64,000 nt of DNA from Pseudomonadota bacterium (GTDB taxonomy: Bacteria; Pseudomonadota; Alphaproteobacteria; Paracaedibacterales; CAITNM01), in NCBI GenBank assembly GCA_046309815.1, contig JBKCOJ010000005.1:263144-327143 (forward strand). Direction: 5' to 3'. The stretch's first letter is position 1, and each line of letters starts with the position of its first letter. Under the pieces are notes generated by a model, which saw only the letters and a program-made list of their open reading frames with translations, made no database searches and was not told the DNA's origin. Of the stretch, positions 45,802 through 56,713 are shown piece by piece. The position numbers were made by a program, and so were the translations under genes.

Positions 45802-47181
45802 ATGACAAAAAAAATTATCGTTATTGGTGCTGGTCCTGGTGGATACGTATGTGCCATTCGAGCAGCTCAACTTGGAGCTGATGTTACAGTCATAGATGTT
45901 AATAAACGTCATGGAGGTACATGTTTAAATGTAGGATGTATTCCCTCAAAAAACCTTCTTCAAGCCTCTTATGAATATTACAAAGTTAACCATTCCCTTT
46001 CAAAGTTTGGCATCTCGGTTGAGAGATTATCAATGGATATTTATCAGCTGCAAAAGCAAAAATCCCAAATTCTTAATGAGTTAGGCCAGGGAATTGAATT
46101 CTTATTCAAAAAGAATTTTATACGTTTCATTCAAGAAAAAGCAGAAATATCTGGATTAAATCAAGTAAAGGCAGGCAAAGAACTGCTAAATGCAGATGCA
46201 ATAATTATTGCATCGGGATCTACTCCTCGAACAATCCCAAACCTTTCTATAGATGAAACAGTAGTGCTCTCTTCCGCAGGGGCTCTTGATCTTAATCATG
46301 TGCCAAATACGTTAGTCGTTGTTGGAGCGGGTTATATAGGGTTAGAGTTAGGTGTTGTTTGGTCCAGGCTTGGATCAAAAGTACATATTGTTGAAGCCGC
46401 TGATAGAATTGCGCCTGGTTTGGACAGTGATTTAAGTCAAGCACTGTACGCTTCCCTTCAAAAGCAAGGAATTATTTTTCATCTGGGCATTAAAATCAAA
46501 GCATTTAATAAAAATAAAACAAGAGCAGAAATGGTTTTAGAAAAAGATGGTAAGACGGAGAATTTATCGGCTGATAAAATTCTCGTGTCTATTGGGCGCG
46601 TACCATATACAGACGGTCTTAATCTTGAAAAGATGAACATTAAGAAAACACCGGAGGGATATATAAAAGTCAACGAATGGGGTGAGACATCGGTTAATGA
46701 TATTTATGCTATCGGTGATGTCACGGAAGGGCCTATGCTCGCGCATAAGGCTGAAGAAGAAGGTATCGCCGTTGCGGAACATATTATGGGATTGTCGTCG
46801 CATGTTGATTACAATGTTATTCCGGCCGTTATTTATACAAAACCAGAAGTTGCTTCGGTGGGCTTTTCTGAGCATCAACTGCAAGAGTCGCAGGTTCCTT
46901 ACAAAGCTAGTAAGTTTTTATTTTCTGCGAACAGTCGTGAAAAAGCTACTCATGATACAGAAGGTTTTGTTAAACTCCTCAGCCATCAAGAAACAGGACT
47001 GGTATTGGGGGCGCACATTATTGGGAGTCACGCTGGCACAATGATAGCTCAAGTAGCTCAAGCTATGCAGTTACGAGCAAATGTTGAAGATATAGCGCGT
47101 ACCTGTTGCGCGCATCCAACTCATAGTGAAGCCATTAAAGAGGCTGCTTGGAATGGATTTGCTAATGCAATTCATTCTTGA
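45802..47181 (+). CDS. lpdA: Dihydrolipoyl dehydrogenase (E3)
   Basis: FAD motif VIGAGPGGYVCA, redox-active GGTCLNVGCIPSK and C-terminal HAHPTHSEA. Confidence 0.95.
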   Translation: MTKKIIVIGAGPGGYVCAIRAAQLGADVTVIDVNKRHGGTCLNVGCIPSKNLLQASYEYYKVNHSLSKFGISVERLSMDIYQLQKQKSQILNELGQGIEFLFKKNFIRFIQEKAEISGLNQVKAGKELLNADAIIIASGSTPRTIPNLSIDETVVLSSAGALDLNHVPNTLVVVGAGYIGLELGVVWSRLGSKVHIVEAADRIAPGLDSDLSQALYASLQKQGIIFHLGIKIKAFNKNKTRAEMVLEKDGKTENLSADKILVSIGRVPYTDGLNLEKMNIKKTPEGYIKVNEWGETSVNDIYAIGDVTEGPMLAHKAEEEGIAVAEHIMGLSSHVDYNVIPAVIYTKPEVASVGFSEHQLQESQVPYKASKFLFSANSREKATHDTEGFVKLLSHQETGLVLGAHIIGSHAGTMIAQVAQAMQLRANVEDIARTCCAHPTHSEAIKEAAWNGFANAIHS

Positions 47182-48079
47182 TGCCGTCACCCCAGACAGA
47201 TTTTTTTAATTGTTTATAGTCTTGATGGCTCTTACTAATGGTTGGCTCAATAATCTCACCCTTTCTGGTGCAAATTTTTAAGTTTATATGCCCTCCATGA
47301 ATTCTGGGCGATGCTATTAGTCGTCCAAATTCATCATGCATTTTTGATGTTTTTGAAAAAAACAAATAACTATAAGCTTCAAATTCAAATCCTCGCTGAG
47401 CATTTTTCAGTATTTTATGCTCTTTTGAACGAGGAACATTGACTGAAAAATGACACCAATCTTTTTCTTTTAATGGGCAAGATTGGCTGTGATAACAAGG
47501 GCCTACAAGATAAGCATCCTTTTTTAAAAGCAAATAATCTCGTATTTTTAACAACTTTTGAAAATGTGCTGTGGTACCAGGCTCAACTATAAGCAAATGA
47601 TTTGTTCGGCTCCAAACATCATCTAAATGTTTTTTCCAATTATCCGATTCACCAAGAGAATAACTGAACACACCTAAATCAACTTTCTCGGGCAAAATAT
47701 CTTGCTGAATAACATTTTTTGGGTAAAAATGCTTTATAAATTGAGCTGCATAATCTTTTGCTTGTTTGTCTTGCTCTATTAAAAAGTATTCTATGTTTTC
47801 AAAATATTTACTTAAAGCAAGTGATGCTGTTCCTATTCCACAGCCCCAGTCCAAAACAGAATTAATTTCAAGCTCTTTTATATGCTCTCCAATCAGCTGC
47901 AGGCATACTTGATAAGTGGCTGGAAATCTCGTAAAAACGTATGCTTGGATTTGCTGTTTATCTTTATAACCTGTGCGTGTTCTTGTTCGATATCCATGCT
48001 GTAGTTCTTGAGAGCTAATCTTGAGATCTTTAATATTCCAGCCCAGATATTCATGCACATATTGTTGCAGAAAATTCAT
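47162..48079 (-). CDS. Rsm22-like class I methyltransferase
   Basis: SAM motif VLDWGCGIGTASLAL. Cys cluster GPCYHSQSCPLKEKDWCHF, as in Rsm22/COG5459-type proteins. There is no clear SD, and its start codon lies 3 nt from the upstream terminator T-run. Confidence 0.65.
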   Translation of the reverse strand: MNFLQQYVHEYLGWNIKDLKISSQELQHGYRTRTRTGYKDKQQIQAYVFTRFPATYQVCLQLIGEHIKELEINSVLDWGCGIGTASLALSKYFENIEYFLIEQDKQAKDYAAQFIKHFYPKNVIQQDILPEKVDLGVFSYSLGESDNWKKHLDDVWSRTNHLLIVEPGTTAHFQKLLKIRDYLLLKKDAYLVGPCYHSQSCPLKEKDWCHFSVNVPRSKEHKILKNAQRGFEFEAYSYLFFSKTSKMHDEFGRLIASPRIHGGHINLKICTRKGEIIEPTISKSHQDYKQLKKSVWGDGIKNELH

Positions 48080-48081
48080 AT

Positions 48082-48104
48082 AAAAAAAGGAGGCTTAAGC
48101 CTCC
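48082..48104 (-). terminator. Rho-independent terminator downstream of the His/Ala-rich protein gene
   Basis: On the minus strand, GGAGGC-TTAA-GCCTCC is followed by T7. Confidence 0.7.
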
Positions 48105-48127
48105 TTCTCCTTATTAAAAATTTTGGA

Positions 48128-48547
48128 TTAAGCAGCTGTCTTTGCAGAATCTTTAGATTCTTCAGCTTTTGCATCATGCACAGCTGCATCTGCTTTTTTG
48201 TCATCTTTTTTTGCGTCAGCTTTATGTGCAGCTGCATGTGCATCAGCAGCATGAGCGTGATGTGGTGCAGCAGCTTTGTGCTTAGGAGCTGCTTTTGGAG
48301 CGCAGCAAGCTGGCATTTCTATTGTAGCCATTGGGCCTTTCCAAGGAGTTTGCATTGCAGCTAAAGCTTTTGTGAATTTATTTGCTTCAGCACGATTTAT
48401 ATGAGCTACATGGTGCTCAGCTGCTGTTGGTGCTTCATGTTTAGCTTCTGGTGCAGCTGCATCTTTATGCTCAGCTTCTTTAGTTTCCTCAGCATAAGTT
48501 GTTGAAACAACAAGTGCTACAGCTAGTAATTTCAATAATTCTTTCAT
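48128..48547 (-). CDS. Secreted His/Ala/Lys-rich low-complexity protein (possible metal binding)
   Basis: Signal peptide MKELLKLLAVALVVSTTYA. About 16 His in the roughly 120-aa mature region (HHAHAADAHAAAH, EHHVAH) plus a CC pair (PACCAP). Confidence 0.6.
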   Translation of the reverse strand: MKELLKLLAVALVVSTTYAEETKEAEHKDAAAPEAKHEAPTAAEHHVAHINRAEANKFTKALAAMQTPWKGPMATIEMPACCAPKAAPKHKAAAPHHAHAADAHAAAHKADAKKDDKKADAAVHDAKAEESKDSAKTAA

Positions 48548-48722
48548 AATTTAAAAACTCCACGGTTAAAAGGCTTACAGTTTTTCCACTGTACTTATAG
48601 AAAAATACTAACGTATAGGCTTTTTAAAGTCAGTGTAATTAAAATTATTGATAAATTTTTATTTTATCTGTGGTATTTTCGCGACGTACTATGTGATAGC
48701 TTTTTGGTTGGTAACGAAGCAC

Positions 48723-49811
48723 TTAAAACTGATGACTTCTAATACGCATAGCAGTGCGAATAATTTCAGCAACAACCTTATAGTATTCCGGTGGGATTTG
48801 CTGATCTAAATTGACGCTGTCGTACAAAGATCTTGCTACCGGAGCATTTTCCACGATGGGTACTTTATGTTCTTTGGCTATATCACGTATTTTAAAAGCC
48901 AAAACATCTGCTCCTTTAGCAACAACAAGCGGAGCATCCATACTTTCTTCTGCCCATTGAAGAGCCACGGAAAAGTGAGTTGGGTTGGTAACGATAACTG
49001 TTGCTTGAGGTACTTTTTCAAGCATTCTTGTACGCGAACGATCTCGTTGAATTTCGCGAATGCGTGCCCGAACCTTAGGGTCACCTTCTTGCTCTTTAAA
49101 TTCTTCTTTTTGTTCTTGTACGGTCATTTTTAGATTTTGCTTAAAGGTGTAATGCTGATACCAAAAATCAAACCCACTTACAAAAGCATATGCAATCAAG
49201 ACGACAGCTAAATATTTAATGATTAGCTGATTAAGTGTTGTTAAGTATTCAAGAGGCGTAGCCCAAAGCCAGATTGTAAGCTTGTTTATGTGATCTTCAA
49301 AAATGAAATAAAATAAAAGCCCAAGAAAAATTATCTTTATAGTAGATTTTATCGTTTCTACTAAAGATTGCAGGCTAAAAACTCTTTTTATGCCTTGCAT
49401 TATGGAAATATGAGACATTTTAGGTTCAATAAGCTTTGAAGATATGGCCTTATAGCTTTGGCCTAATCCGACGGCAGTTGCTGCAAGCATAAGGGATAAA
49501 AAAGGTATCCAAAGTGTCTCTATTAATTTTAAAAATGTGTTTTTGAGTAGAAAGCTTAACTTGCTGATTGTGTCGATTTGCAGTTCTCCAGACATGCTAA
49601 TAAAGCCGGAAAGAAAATCTAAGACACGTCTTAGGCACCAGGGTAATACCCAAGCACATACGCCTAAACAAGCAACGAGAAAAATAAAATTATTAAGATC
49701 TCTAGAGATAGGAGCTTGTCCTTTTTTATAAGCATCTTCATAGCGTTTGGCGCTTGGATCGAGCGTTTTCTGTTCTTTATCTTGCTCTTGATTTTCTTCA
49801 GCCATGGGCAA
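48723..49811 (-). CDS. flhB: Flagellar export apparatus protein FlhB
   Basis: Four TM helices, the autocleavage motif NPTHF and a conserved C-terminal domain. 362 aa. Confidence 0.9.
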   Translation of the reverse strand: MPMAEENQEQDKEQKTLDPSAKRYEDAYKKGQAPISRDLNNFIFLVACLGVCAWVLPWCLRRVLDFLSGFISMSGELQIDTISKLSFLLKNTFLKLIETLWIPFLSLMLAATAVGLGQSYKAISSKLIEPKMSHISIMQGIKRVFSLQSLVETIKSTIKIIFLGLLFYFIFEDHINKLTIWLWATPLEYLTTLNQLIIKYLAVVLIAYAFVSGFDFWYQHYTFKQNLKMTVQEQKEEFKEQEGDPKVRARIREIQRDRSRTRMLEKVPQATVIVTNPTHFSVALQWAEESMDAPLVVAKGADVLAFKIRDIAKEHKVPIVENAPVARSLYDSVNLDQQIPPEYYKVVAEIIRTAMRIRSHQF

Positions 49812-50577
49812 ATCCCATTACTGAATAAGCTGAAGTATTAATTTTCTCATAAAACAGCAGCATAGAGCCAAAACTAATCAACAAGACAAACCACCCAAGT
49901 AAAACTTGCAAAGACATGCCTAAGAAAAATACCTGAATCTGGGGCACAAGTTTTCCTAATATTCCAAGGGCAAATTGTAAAACGGTATTAACTAATAGAA
50001 AAGGAATGCTTAGCTGAAACCCTGTACGTATTAAAATATCCGCTAGCTCTACAATTCCTTTAAAAAAATCATGTATCAGGGGCGACTTAAATGAAAACCA
50101 GTCAGGGGGTAGTTTTGAGTAAGTAACCAGCAAATTTTTGAATACCATGTGATGGCCATCTAGCACTAAAAAACTAGTTGTAGCAGCTAATGTTAAAAAT
50201 ACACTTACCACAGAACCATGATTAGCTTGGCTTGGATTGAAAACAGTGGCCGATGAAATACCAACAGAAAAGCCAATTATTTGTCCAGCAAAGTCCACAG
50301 CAGCAAGCGCAAATCGGGCAATGAGTCCTAAAAAGAATCCAATAGAGAATTCCCCAAGAAATCGGCAAAATGCCCAAGAAAGATTTTGTGATATTGAAAA
50401 GTATTCATCAGGGACGAGTGAATTAAAGGCTAAGGTTATGGCGAGGCAAGCAATGGCTCGGAATCTGCTTGATATTTCGACTTGACTCAAAAAAGGCATG
50501 CCCATTATGAGGCCAAATACTCGCGCAAAGACAAAAAAGAAATGATGGAGGTCAGTTAGCCATACTTCAAAGGGCAA
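49798..50577 (-). CDS. fliR: Flagellar export apparatus protein FliR
   Basis: Polytopic 259-aa protein lying between fliQ and flhB, with a FliR-like N-terminus (FFFVFARVFGLIMGMPF). Confidence 0.85.
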   Translation of the reverse strand: MPFEVWLTDLHHFFFVFARVFGLIMGMPFLSQVEISSRFRAIACLAITLAFNSLVPDEYFSISQNLSWAFCRFLGEFSIGFFLGLIARFALAAVDFAGQIIGFSVGISSATVFNPSQANHGSVVSVFLTLAATTSFLVLDGHHMVFKNLLVTYSKLPPDWFSFKSPLIHDFFKGIVELADILIRTGFQLSIPFLLVNTVLQFALGILGKLVPQIQVFFLGMSLQVLLGWFVLLISFGSMLLFYEKINTSAYSVMGFAHG

Positions 50578-50848
50578 CGCCAGCCTCTTTAATCATTATT
50601 AAATTAAAAAGGTCTTCAGCAAAATCTTGAAGGGACCCAAGCATGAAAGGCAATAATAAAACTAATAATCCAAAAACAGCTAACATTTTGGGAACAAATG
50701 TTAGAGTCTGTTCTTGAATTTGTGTAAGTGCTTGCAGCAAGGAAATAATAACGCCGACAGCTAGTGCAACAACCAAAATCGGCAAACTTAATTTTATGAT
50801 CAATAATACCGCTTCTCTTAACATTAAAATTGCTAAACCTTGATCCAT
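50567..50848 (-). CDS. fliQ: Flagellar export apparatus protein FliQ
   Basis: Two-TM protein of about 90 aa with the motif LLQALTQIQEQTLTFVPK. Confidence 0.85.
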   Translation of the reverse strand: MDQGLAILMLREAVLLIIKLSLPILVVALAVGVIISLLQALTQIQEQTLTFVPKMLAVFGLLVLLLPFMLGSLQDFAEDLFNLIMIKEAGVAL

Positions 50849-50966
50849 AGAACCGTACTCTAAAATCGATATATAAAAATCTTGACATAAATAGGTAAAT
50901 CGCGATAGATATTTTAGGTGCTATACATTTTATTTGTGTAGAATAATTAATTATTAGAGAGATTCT

Positions 50967-51281
50967 ATGTTTGCAGTGATCAAAACCGGTGGAAAACAAT
51001 ACCGAGTAGAAGAAAATAACATTATTAAGATTGAAAAGTTGGAATCTGCTGAAGGCGAGAAAGTAGCTTTTGATCATGTATTGATGGTTGGCGATGAAAA
51101 GAAACCAACAATTGGCTCTCCTCTTGTTGCAGGTGCAAAGGTTGAAGCAGAAGTATTAAAGCAAATGCGTGATCGCAAAGTGATCGTGTTTAAGAAAAAG
51201 CGTCGTCAAAATTATCGTCGTAAGAAAGGCCATCGCCAACACTTAACGATTGTAAAGATTACAAAAATTATTGCAGGTTAA
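50967..51281 (+). CDS. rplU: 50S ribosomal protein L21
   Basis: [15 protein letters not shown]-terminus. 104 aa. Confidence 0.95.
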   Translation: MFAVIKTGGKQYRVEENNIIKIEKLESAEGEKVAFDHVLMVGDEKKPTIGSPLVAGAKVEAEVLKQMRDRKVIVFKKKRRQNYRRKKGHRQHLTIVKITKIIAG

Positions 51282-51303
51282 CTTAGAATTAGGAGATTGA
51301 TCC

Positions 51304-51561
51304 ATGGCAACGAAAAAAGCTGGTGGTAGTTCGCGAAATGGTCGCGATTCAGAGAGTAAACGACTAGGTGTGAAATGTTTTGGTGGACAGCATGTAATAT
51401 CAGGAAACATTATTGTGCGTCAAAGAGGCACTAAGTTTCATCCTGGTCAAAATGTAGGTATGGGAAAAGATCATACAATATTTGCTACAGTAGAAGGAGT
51501 GGTCGAGTTTTCTAAAGGTCGATTAAATCGTTCCTTTGTATCGGTTGTTCCAGTAGCATAG
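51304..51561 (+). CDS. rpmA: 50S ribosomal protein L27
   Basis: [21 protein letters not shown] and [13 protein letters not shown] motifs. Confidence 0.95.
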   Translation: MATKKAGGSSRNGRDSESKRLGVKCFGGQHVISGNIIVRQRGTKFHPGQNVGMGKDHTIFATVEGVVEFSKGRLNRSFVSVVPVA

Positions 51562-51582
51562 TTCTTTTTATACTATCTTGTG

Positions 51583-51612
51583 GCGCTTCGAGTTGCTCGA
51601 GGCGCTTTTTTT
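51583..51612 (+). terminator. Rho-independent terminator or attenuator between rpmA and obg
   Basis: 10-bp stem GCGCTTCGAG / CTCGAGGCGC (one G-U pair) with loop TTG, followed by T7. Confidence 0.65.
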
Positions 51613-51621
51613 ACAGGTTAA

Positions 51622-52626
<1,005 letters not shown>

Positions 52627-53331
52627 TTAGGAAGTGCTTTGTGCTAAAATGACAGGACGTTGCTTTTCCAATTTTTTAATCGGAATTCCAGCATACACCC
52701 TCTTTATTGCTACAACTCCTACCAGACCACTAAACTTTTGTAGAGTAGTTGATGCGATACGCTCAAATACCCAAGATGCTAAGTTCATAAACCATGTTGA
52801 TGTTGGAAAAGAATAAAGCCCTCTGGTTGCGTCCGTGATAATAAAGTCATGCTTTTTAAGAATTGACGAAATCTGTGAAAGTGTATACGGATGCCCAAAA
52901 CTAAAAGGTGTTTTTCCGCTGTGAATCCAAAAACTTCGTCGATTAGGAACAATCACAACTAAACGCCCTTCTGGACACAAACATCTATAACATTCTTGAA
53001 GAAGACCATCAGCATTTTGCGCATACTCTAAACCATGAACAATAATAATTTCATCAAAAAGGTGATCCGAAAAAGCCCACTCATTTTCATATGAGAGAGT
53101 TACACGTCCTCTATTATTATCTGGCCAAGCTAATGCACCAAAATGTGCATGCATGAGTAAAAATTCATTTTTATTTATGTTGCCATATGGAGCGCCAAAT
53201 CCTACAAATAAAGTTCTTTTTCCTATATTATTTTTTCGCAAGTAAGTAAGCATTTGTTTAATAATGCTTTTCACTTTTTCTGCCAAAGCGGATCTATAAA
53301 ATTCTTTGAGATCAACAACGTCTATATTCAT
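52627..53331 (-). CDS. Class I SAM-dependent methyltransferase (tentative)
   Basis: Methyltransf_11-like region IIIVHGLEY...LLQECYRCLCPEGRLVVIVPN. The N-terminal SAM loop is poorly conserved. Confidence 0.55.
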   Translation of the reverse strand: MNIDVVDLKEFYRSALAEKVKSIIKQMLTYLRKNNIGKRTLFVGFGAPYGNINKNEFLLMHAHFGALAWPDNNRGRVTLSYENEWAFSDHLFDEIIIVHGLEYAQNADGLLQECYRCLCPEGRLVVIVPNRRSFWIHSGKTPFSFGHPYTLSQISSILKKHDFIITDATRGLYSFPTSTWFMNLASWVFERIASTTLQKFSGLVGVVAIKRVYAGIPIKKLEKQRPVILAQSTS

Positions 53332-54428
53332 TTTTCAATATATTTTTTGGTGCCGGGAATTGAAATATTTGCAAGTACTCCCATGCTTAGCATTAAGGTG
53401 ATCATGGCTGTCCCTCCATAAGACATAAACGGTAATGGTACTCCTACTACAGGAAGTAAGCCCATCACCATGCTGATATTAATGAACACATACAAAAATA
53501 ATGTGGTAGTAATTCCAATCGCTACAAGCTTGCTAAACTTGTGTCTTGCATGATCAGCTACAGTAAAACCCCATAGAAGCAGTATACTAAAAAGAACAAT
53601 AACAATGATACAGCCAAATAAACCAAACTCTTCTGCAAACATAGTAAAGATAAAATCGGTTTGTTTTTCCGGCAGAAAGTTCAAATGACTTTGGGTACCT
53701 TTTAGCCATCCTTTCCCAAAAAATCCTCCGGAGCCTAATGCGATTTTGGATTGTGAAATATGATATCCGGCATGAGCTGGGTCACTTTCTGGGTTTAAGA
53801 AAATGAGGATGCGTTTTTTTTGATAATCATATAGAAAATTCCATAAAACAGGTATTGCGCAAACTACAGCACAAAATCCAGTTGCGAAAAACCACCAAGG
53901 TACACCGCTAACAAAAAATATAGAGAGGCCTGAGCTTAATAACAATATTGCGGTACCAAGGTCTGGCTGGCGCATAGCTAACAACACAGGGATAAAAATT
54001 AATAATAAAGGAAAAATAAGATTTTTAAGATGCCGAACTTCATCGACTTCTAAAAGGCTAAAGTGACGCGCTAAACATAAAATTAAGGCAACTCGCATCA
54101 ATTCAGAAGGTTGCAAATTGAAAAAATAAAAATCAAGCCATCGTTGTGCTCCCATGCCTACAAATCCCAAAAATTCAACAAGAATAAGCATTATTAAAAT
54201 AATGAGATATATTAAATAAGCATTTTGGATCCACCAACGAAGGTCGCTCGCGACAATGACTCCAAAGATCATAACGCCTAAAATAAATCTTAAGAATTGT
54301 TTGGTAACCCAGGGATTAATGTTGCCATTTGCTGCGGAAAATAAAGTTATAAGCCCAATAAAAACAATGGCCAAAATAACACCGATAATGGTGCGATTAA
54401 CATAAAGTAAACGTCTAAAATTAAACAT
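53328..54428 (-). CDS. rodA: SEDS peptidoglycan glycosyltransferase RodA
   Basis: Polytopic FtsW/RodA family protein (LQPSELMR, TDFIF, PFMSYGGT), downstream of mrdA. Confidence 0.9.
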   Translation of the reverse strand: MFNFRRLLYVNRTIIGVILAIVFIGLITLFSAANGNINPWVTKQFLRFILGVMIFGVIVASDLRWWIQNAYLIYLIILIMLILVEFLGFVGMGAQRWLDFYFFNLQPSELMRVALILCLARHFSLLEVDEVRHLKNLIFPLLLIFIPVLLAMRQPDLGTAILLLSSGLSIFFVSGVPWWFFATGFCAVVCAIPVLWNFLYDYQKKRILIFLNPESDPAHAGYHISQSKIALGSGGFFGKGWLKGTQSHLNFLPEKQTDFIFTMFAEEFGLFGCIIVIVLFSILLLWGFTVADHARHKFSKLVAIGITTTLFLYVFINISMVMGLLPVVGVPLPFMSYGGTAMITLMLSMGVLANISIPGTKKYIEK

Positions 54429-56223
54429 ATAAATGCCTTGCCGCGTTCAAAACTTCTCCCGCAACGGGGCCTGCAACTCCACCACCACTCTTGCCATGCT
54501 CAATAACTACACTTACCGCATGCTGAGGTTTTTCTATAGGAGCGTAGCCCACAAATATAGCATGATCTTTTAAGTGGTAAGGGAGATCTTTATAAGTTCC
54601 ATCTGCTCGTTGTTGCATTGTTATGCGACAAACTTGTGCGCTTCCTGATTTACCACCGAATGTCCAATCGTTTAACTTTAAATTTGCTCTGCTGGCCGTG
54701 CCTCTTGGATCATTTACACATTTATTCATTGCTTGCTGAATCCATTCAAGCCAACTTGGATCTATGCCCTCTACAAATTTTTCTGGTATTTGATGGGAGT
54801 TTTTCTCAACTAAATAAGGAGTAAGAATTTTTCCTCCATTTACAAGCATTGCAATCATTCGAACCATTTGCAACGGTGTACAGAGCACAACCCCTTGTCC
54901 GATTGAAATATTTAAAGCTTGTCCTTTTTGTTTGAAAAAACCTTTGCGAAATTTTGCCCACTCCAGACTTGGAATTAGTCCTTTCTTTTCGCCATCCAAT
55001 TCAATGCCTGTTAATTGACCGAGATGAAAACGAGAAGCCATCTCGACCATTTTTAAAGCACCAATTTTTAGTGCCACATTATAAAAATACACATCACAAG
55101 ATTCTGCGATTGCTTTTTCTAGGTTTACGGTGCCGTGTCCGCCTCTATTCCATGTCCAGCAGTGAAAAGTATGTGATCCTAAATTAAAATGACCAGGACA
55201 AAATACCTGCGTATCTCTATCAATAGCTTTATCATATAAGCCTGCCAATGCTACCATCATCTTGAAAATTGATCCGGGAGCGTATTGTCCTGCCAATGGT
55301 TTATTGATAAGAGGATTGTCTTCGTGCGTTAAAAGGCTTTTCCAAACGTCTTTTTGAATGCCTTTTACAAAAAGATTACTGTCAAACCCTGGCTTTGAAA
55401 CCATCGCTCTTATGGCGCCTGTATTGACATCCATCACCACTACGCTTGCATTGCGATGAGGCTCTAAAATTTGTATAATTTTTTCTTGCAGCTCAAAGTT
55501 AAGAGTTGTTTGCAAATCTTGCCCTATCTTCGGCGGAGTATTGTCTATAATCCGAACGATACGTCGTTTTGCATTTACTTCGACGCGCTGAAAACCAGGA
55601 GAGCCGCATAGACTATTTTCAAATGTTTTTTCTAATCCATTCTTGCCGATTCGTAAGCCTGGTATAGGGTCTAAGTTGTGCTCTGTTAAGTCCTTTTGTG
55701 ATGCTTGCGCAACATAACCAATAGTATGGCATAAAATTTCTGGATACACATATTGTCGTATTTGTGATCTTTCGATTAGTAAACCAGGCAAGTCAGGGAG
55801 TTTTAGTTGTAGCGCTGCTATTTCATCCCAAGTTAGATTCTCTTTGATAATTGTGGCGATTTTCGATTGATGAGTAAGTTGATCTCTTAAATCTTTAATT
55901 TGTTTAGGGCTTAAGCTTAATATGGATTCTAGAATACCTAACTCTTCTTCAATGTTTAATTGTGGATAGGGGGTCATGAGGCATCTGTAAACATTTTGAT
56001 TGATGGCTAATGGCTTTCCCACATTGTCAATAATTTGTCCTCTTGGTGCAGTGATAAAACGTGTTTGGATCCTATTACGATCTGCTAGTGTGCGGTAATG
56101 ATCGCGGTTGAAAATTTGCAAGTGAACCAGACGCCCTAAAAGTCCAGTTATAAGGATGCTTTTACTCAATCCTAAAATAAAACTTCTTCGTTTAAAAATA
56201 GGCCCAAATTGTTCATTGATCAT
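54421..56223 (-). CDS. mrdA: Penicillin-binding protein 2 (elongasome transpeptidase)
   Basis: N-terminal anchor, a PBP dimerisation domain and transpeptidase motifs SIFK (SxxK), SCD (SxD in the SxN position) and KSGS (KSG). 600 aa. Confidence 0.9.
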   Translation of the reverse strand: MINEQFGPIFKRRSFILGLSKSILITGLLGRLVHLQIFNRDHYRTLADRNRIQTRFITAPRGQIIDNVGKPLAINQNVYRCLMTPYPQLNIEEELGILESILSLSPKQIKDLRDQLTHQSKIATIIKENLTWDEIAALQLKLPDLPGLLIERSQIRQYVYPEILCHTIGYVAQASQKDLTEHNLDPIPGLRIGKNGLEKTFENSLCGSPGFQRVEVNAKRRIVRIIDNTPPKIGQDLQTTLNFELQEKIIQILEPHRNASVVVMDVNTGAIRAMVSKPGFDSNLFVKGIQKDVWKSLLTHEDNPLINKPLAGQYAPGSIFKMMVALAGLYDKAIDRDTQVFCPGHFNLGSHTFHCWTWNRGGHGTVNLEKAIAESCDVYFYNVALKIGALKMVEMASRFHLGQLTGIELDGEKKGLIPSLEWAKFRKGFFKQKGQALNISIGQGVVLCTPLQMVRMIAMLVNGGKILTPYLVEKNSHQIPEKFVEGIDPSWLEWIQQAMNKCVNDPRGTASRANLKLNDWTFGGKSGSAQVCRITMQQRADGTYKDLPYHLKDHAIFVGYAPIEKPQHAVSVVIEHGKSGGGVAGPVAGEVLNAARHLYV

Positions 56224-56713
56224 GGTGCTGCAAAAATTTAAAAATAAGCGGATATAATGAACCAGTAAGGAATACGCTTAAGATCACCATGAATGAAAAT
56301 GCAATTTGCTGATTCAATAATAAATGTAATGCATATTCAATTTGATTTGACAAAACCAAAACTCCTAAGAAAATAAGCCATCTTATATATTGATGATTTG
56401 TTTGAAGATAGCGCTTCTGAGTATGCAGTATAATAAATGTTACTAATGTTAGGAAGCTATGTAATCCAAAAGGCACATGAAAAATTCCATCCCAAAATAT
56501 GCCAAACAGCATAAAAATCAATAAATCACGGCGTTGGGGAGTGTACAAAACCCACCGATAGAAGACGATCAATGCAGTTTGTAAACGTAAACCCATTCCT
56601 TGAAATAAAATAAACACATCAAAAAAATTACATATCGCAAAAAATGTAAAGCGCCGCAAAAAAGGGAGAAATCTATAGTACCAATGGATCATAAAGTATA
56701 CAGACAACGTCAA
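56213..56713 (-). CDS. mreD: Rod shape-determining protein MreD
   Basis: Small polytopic membrane protein between mreC and mrdA. The true start is possibly downstream of 56713. Confidence 0.7.
   Translation of the reverse strand: MTLSVYFMIHWYYRFLPFLRRFTFFAICNFFDVFILFQGMGLRLQTALIVFYRWVLYTPQRRDLLIFMLFGIFWDGIFHVPFGLHSFLTLVTFIILHTQKRYLQTNHQYIRWLIFLGVLVLSNQIEYALHLLLNQQIAFSFMVILSVFLTGSLYPLIFKFLQHHDQ

Noticed and set aside
48008-48364. 118-aa Cys/Phe/Ser-rich plus-strand ORF.
   Set aside because: It is the antisense frame of the His/Ala-rich gene. That gene has a signal peptide and a downstream terminator in the correct orientation.
50882-50911. Sigma-70-type promoter for rplU: TTGACA at 50882..50887 with a candidate -10 element 17 to 18 nt downstream.
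   Set aside because: The -35 hexamer is perfect, but the best-spaced -10 candidates (ATAGAT and TAGATA) match TATAAT at only 2 to 3 positions. That is not enough to call.
50616-51077. 153-aa minus-strand ORF overlapping fliQ and the rplU start.
   Set aside because: It is out of frame with fliQ, whose translation shows the conserved FliQ motif. It also runs through the rplU promoter and start.
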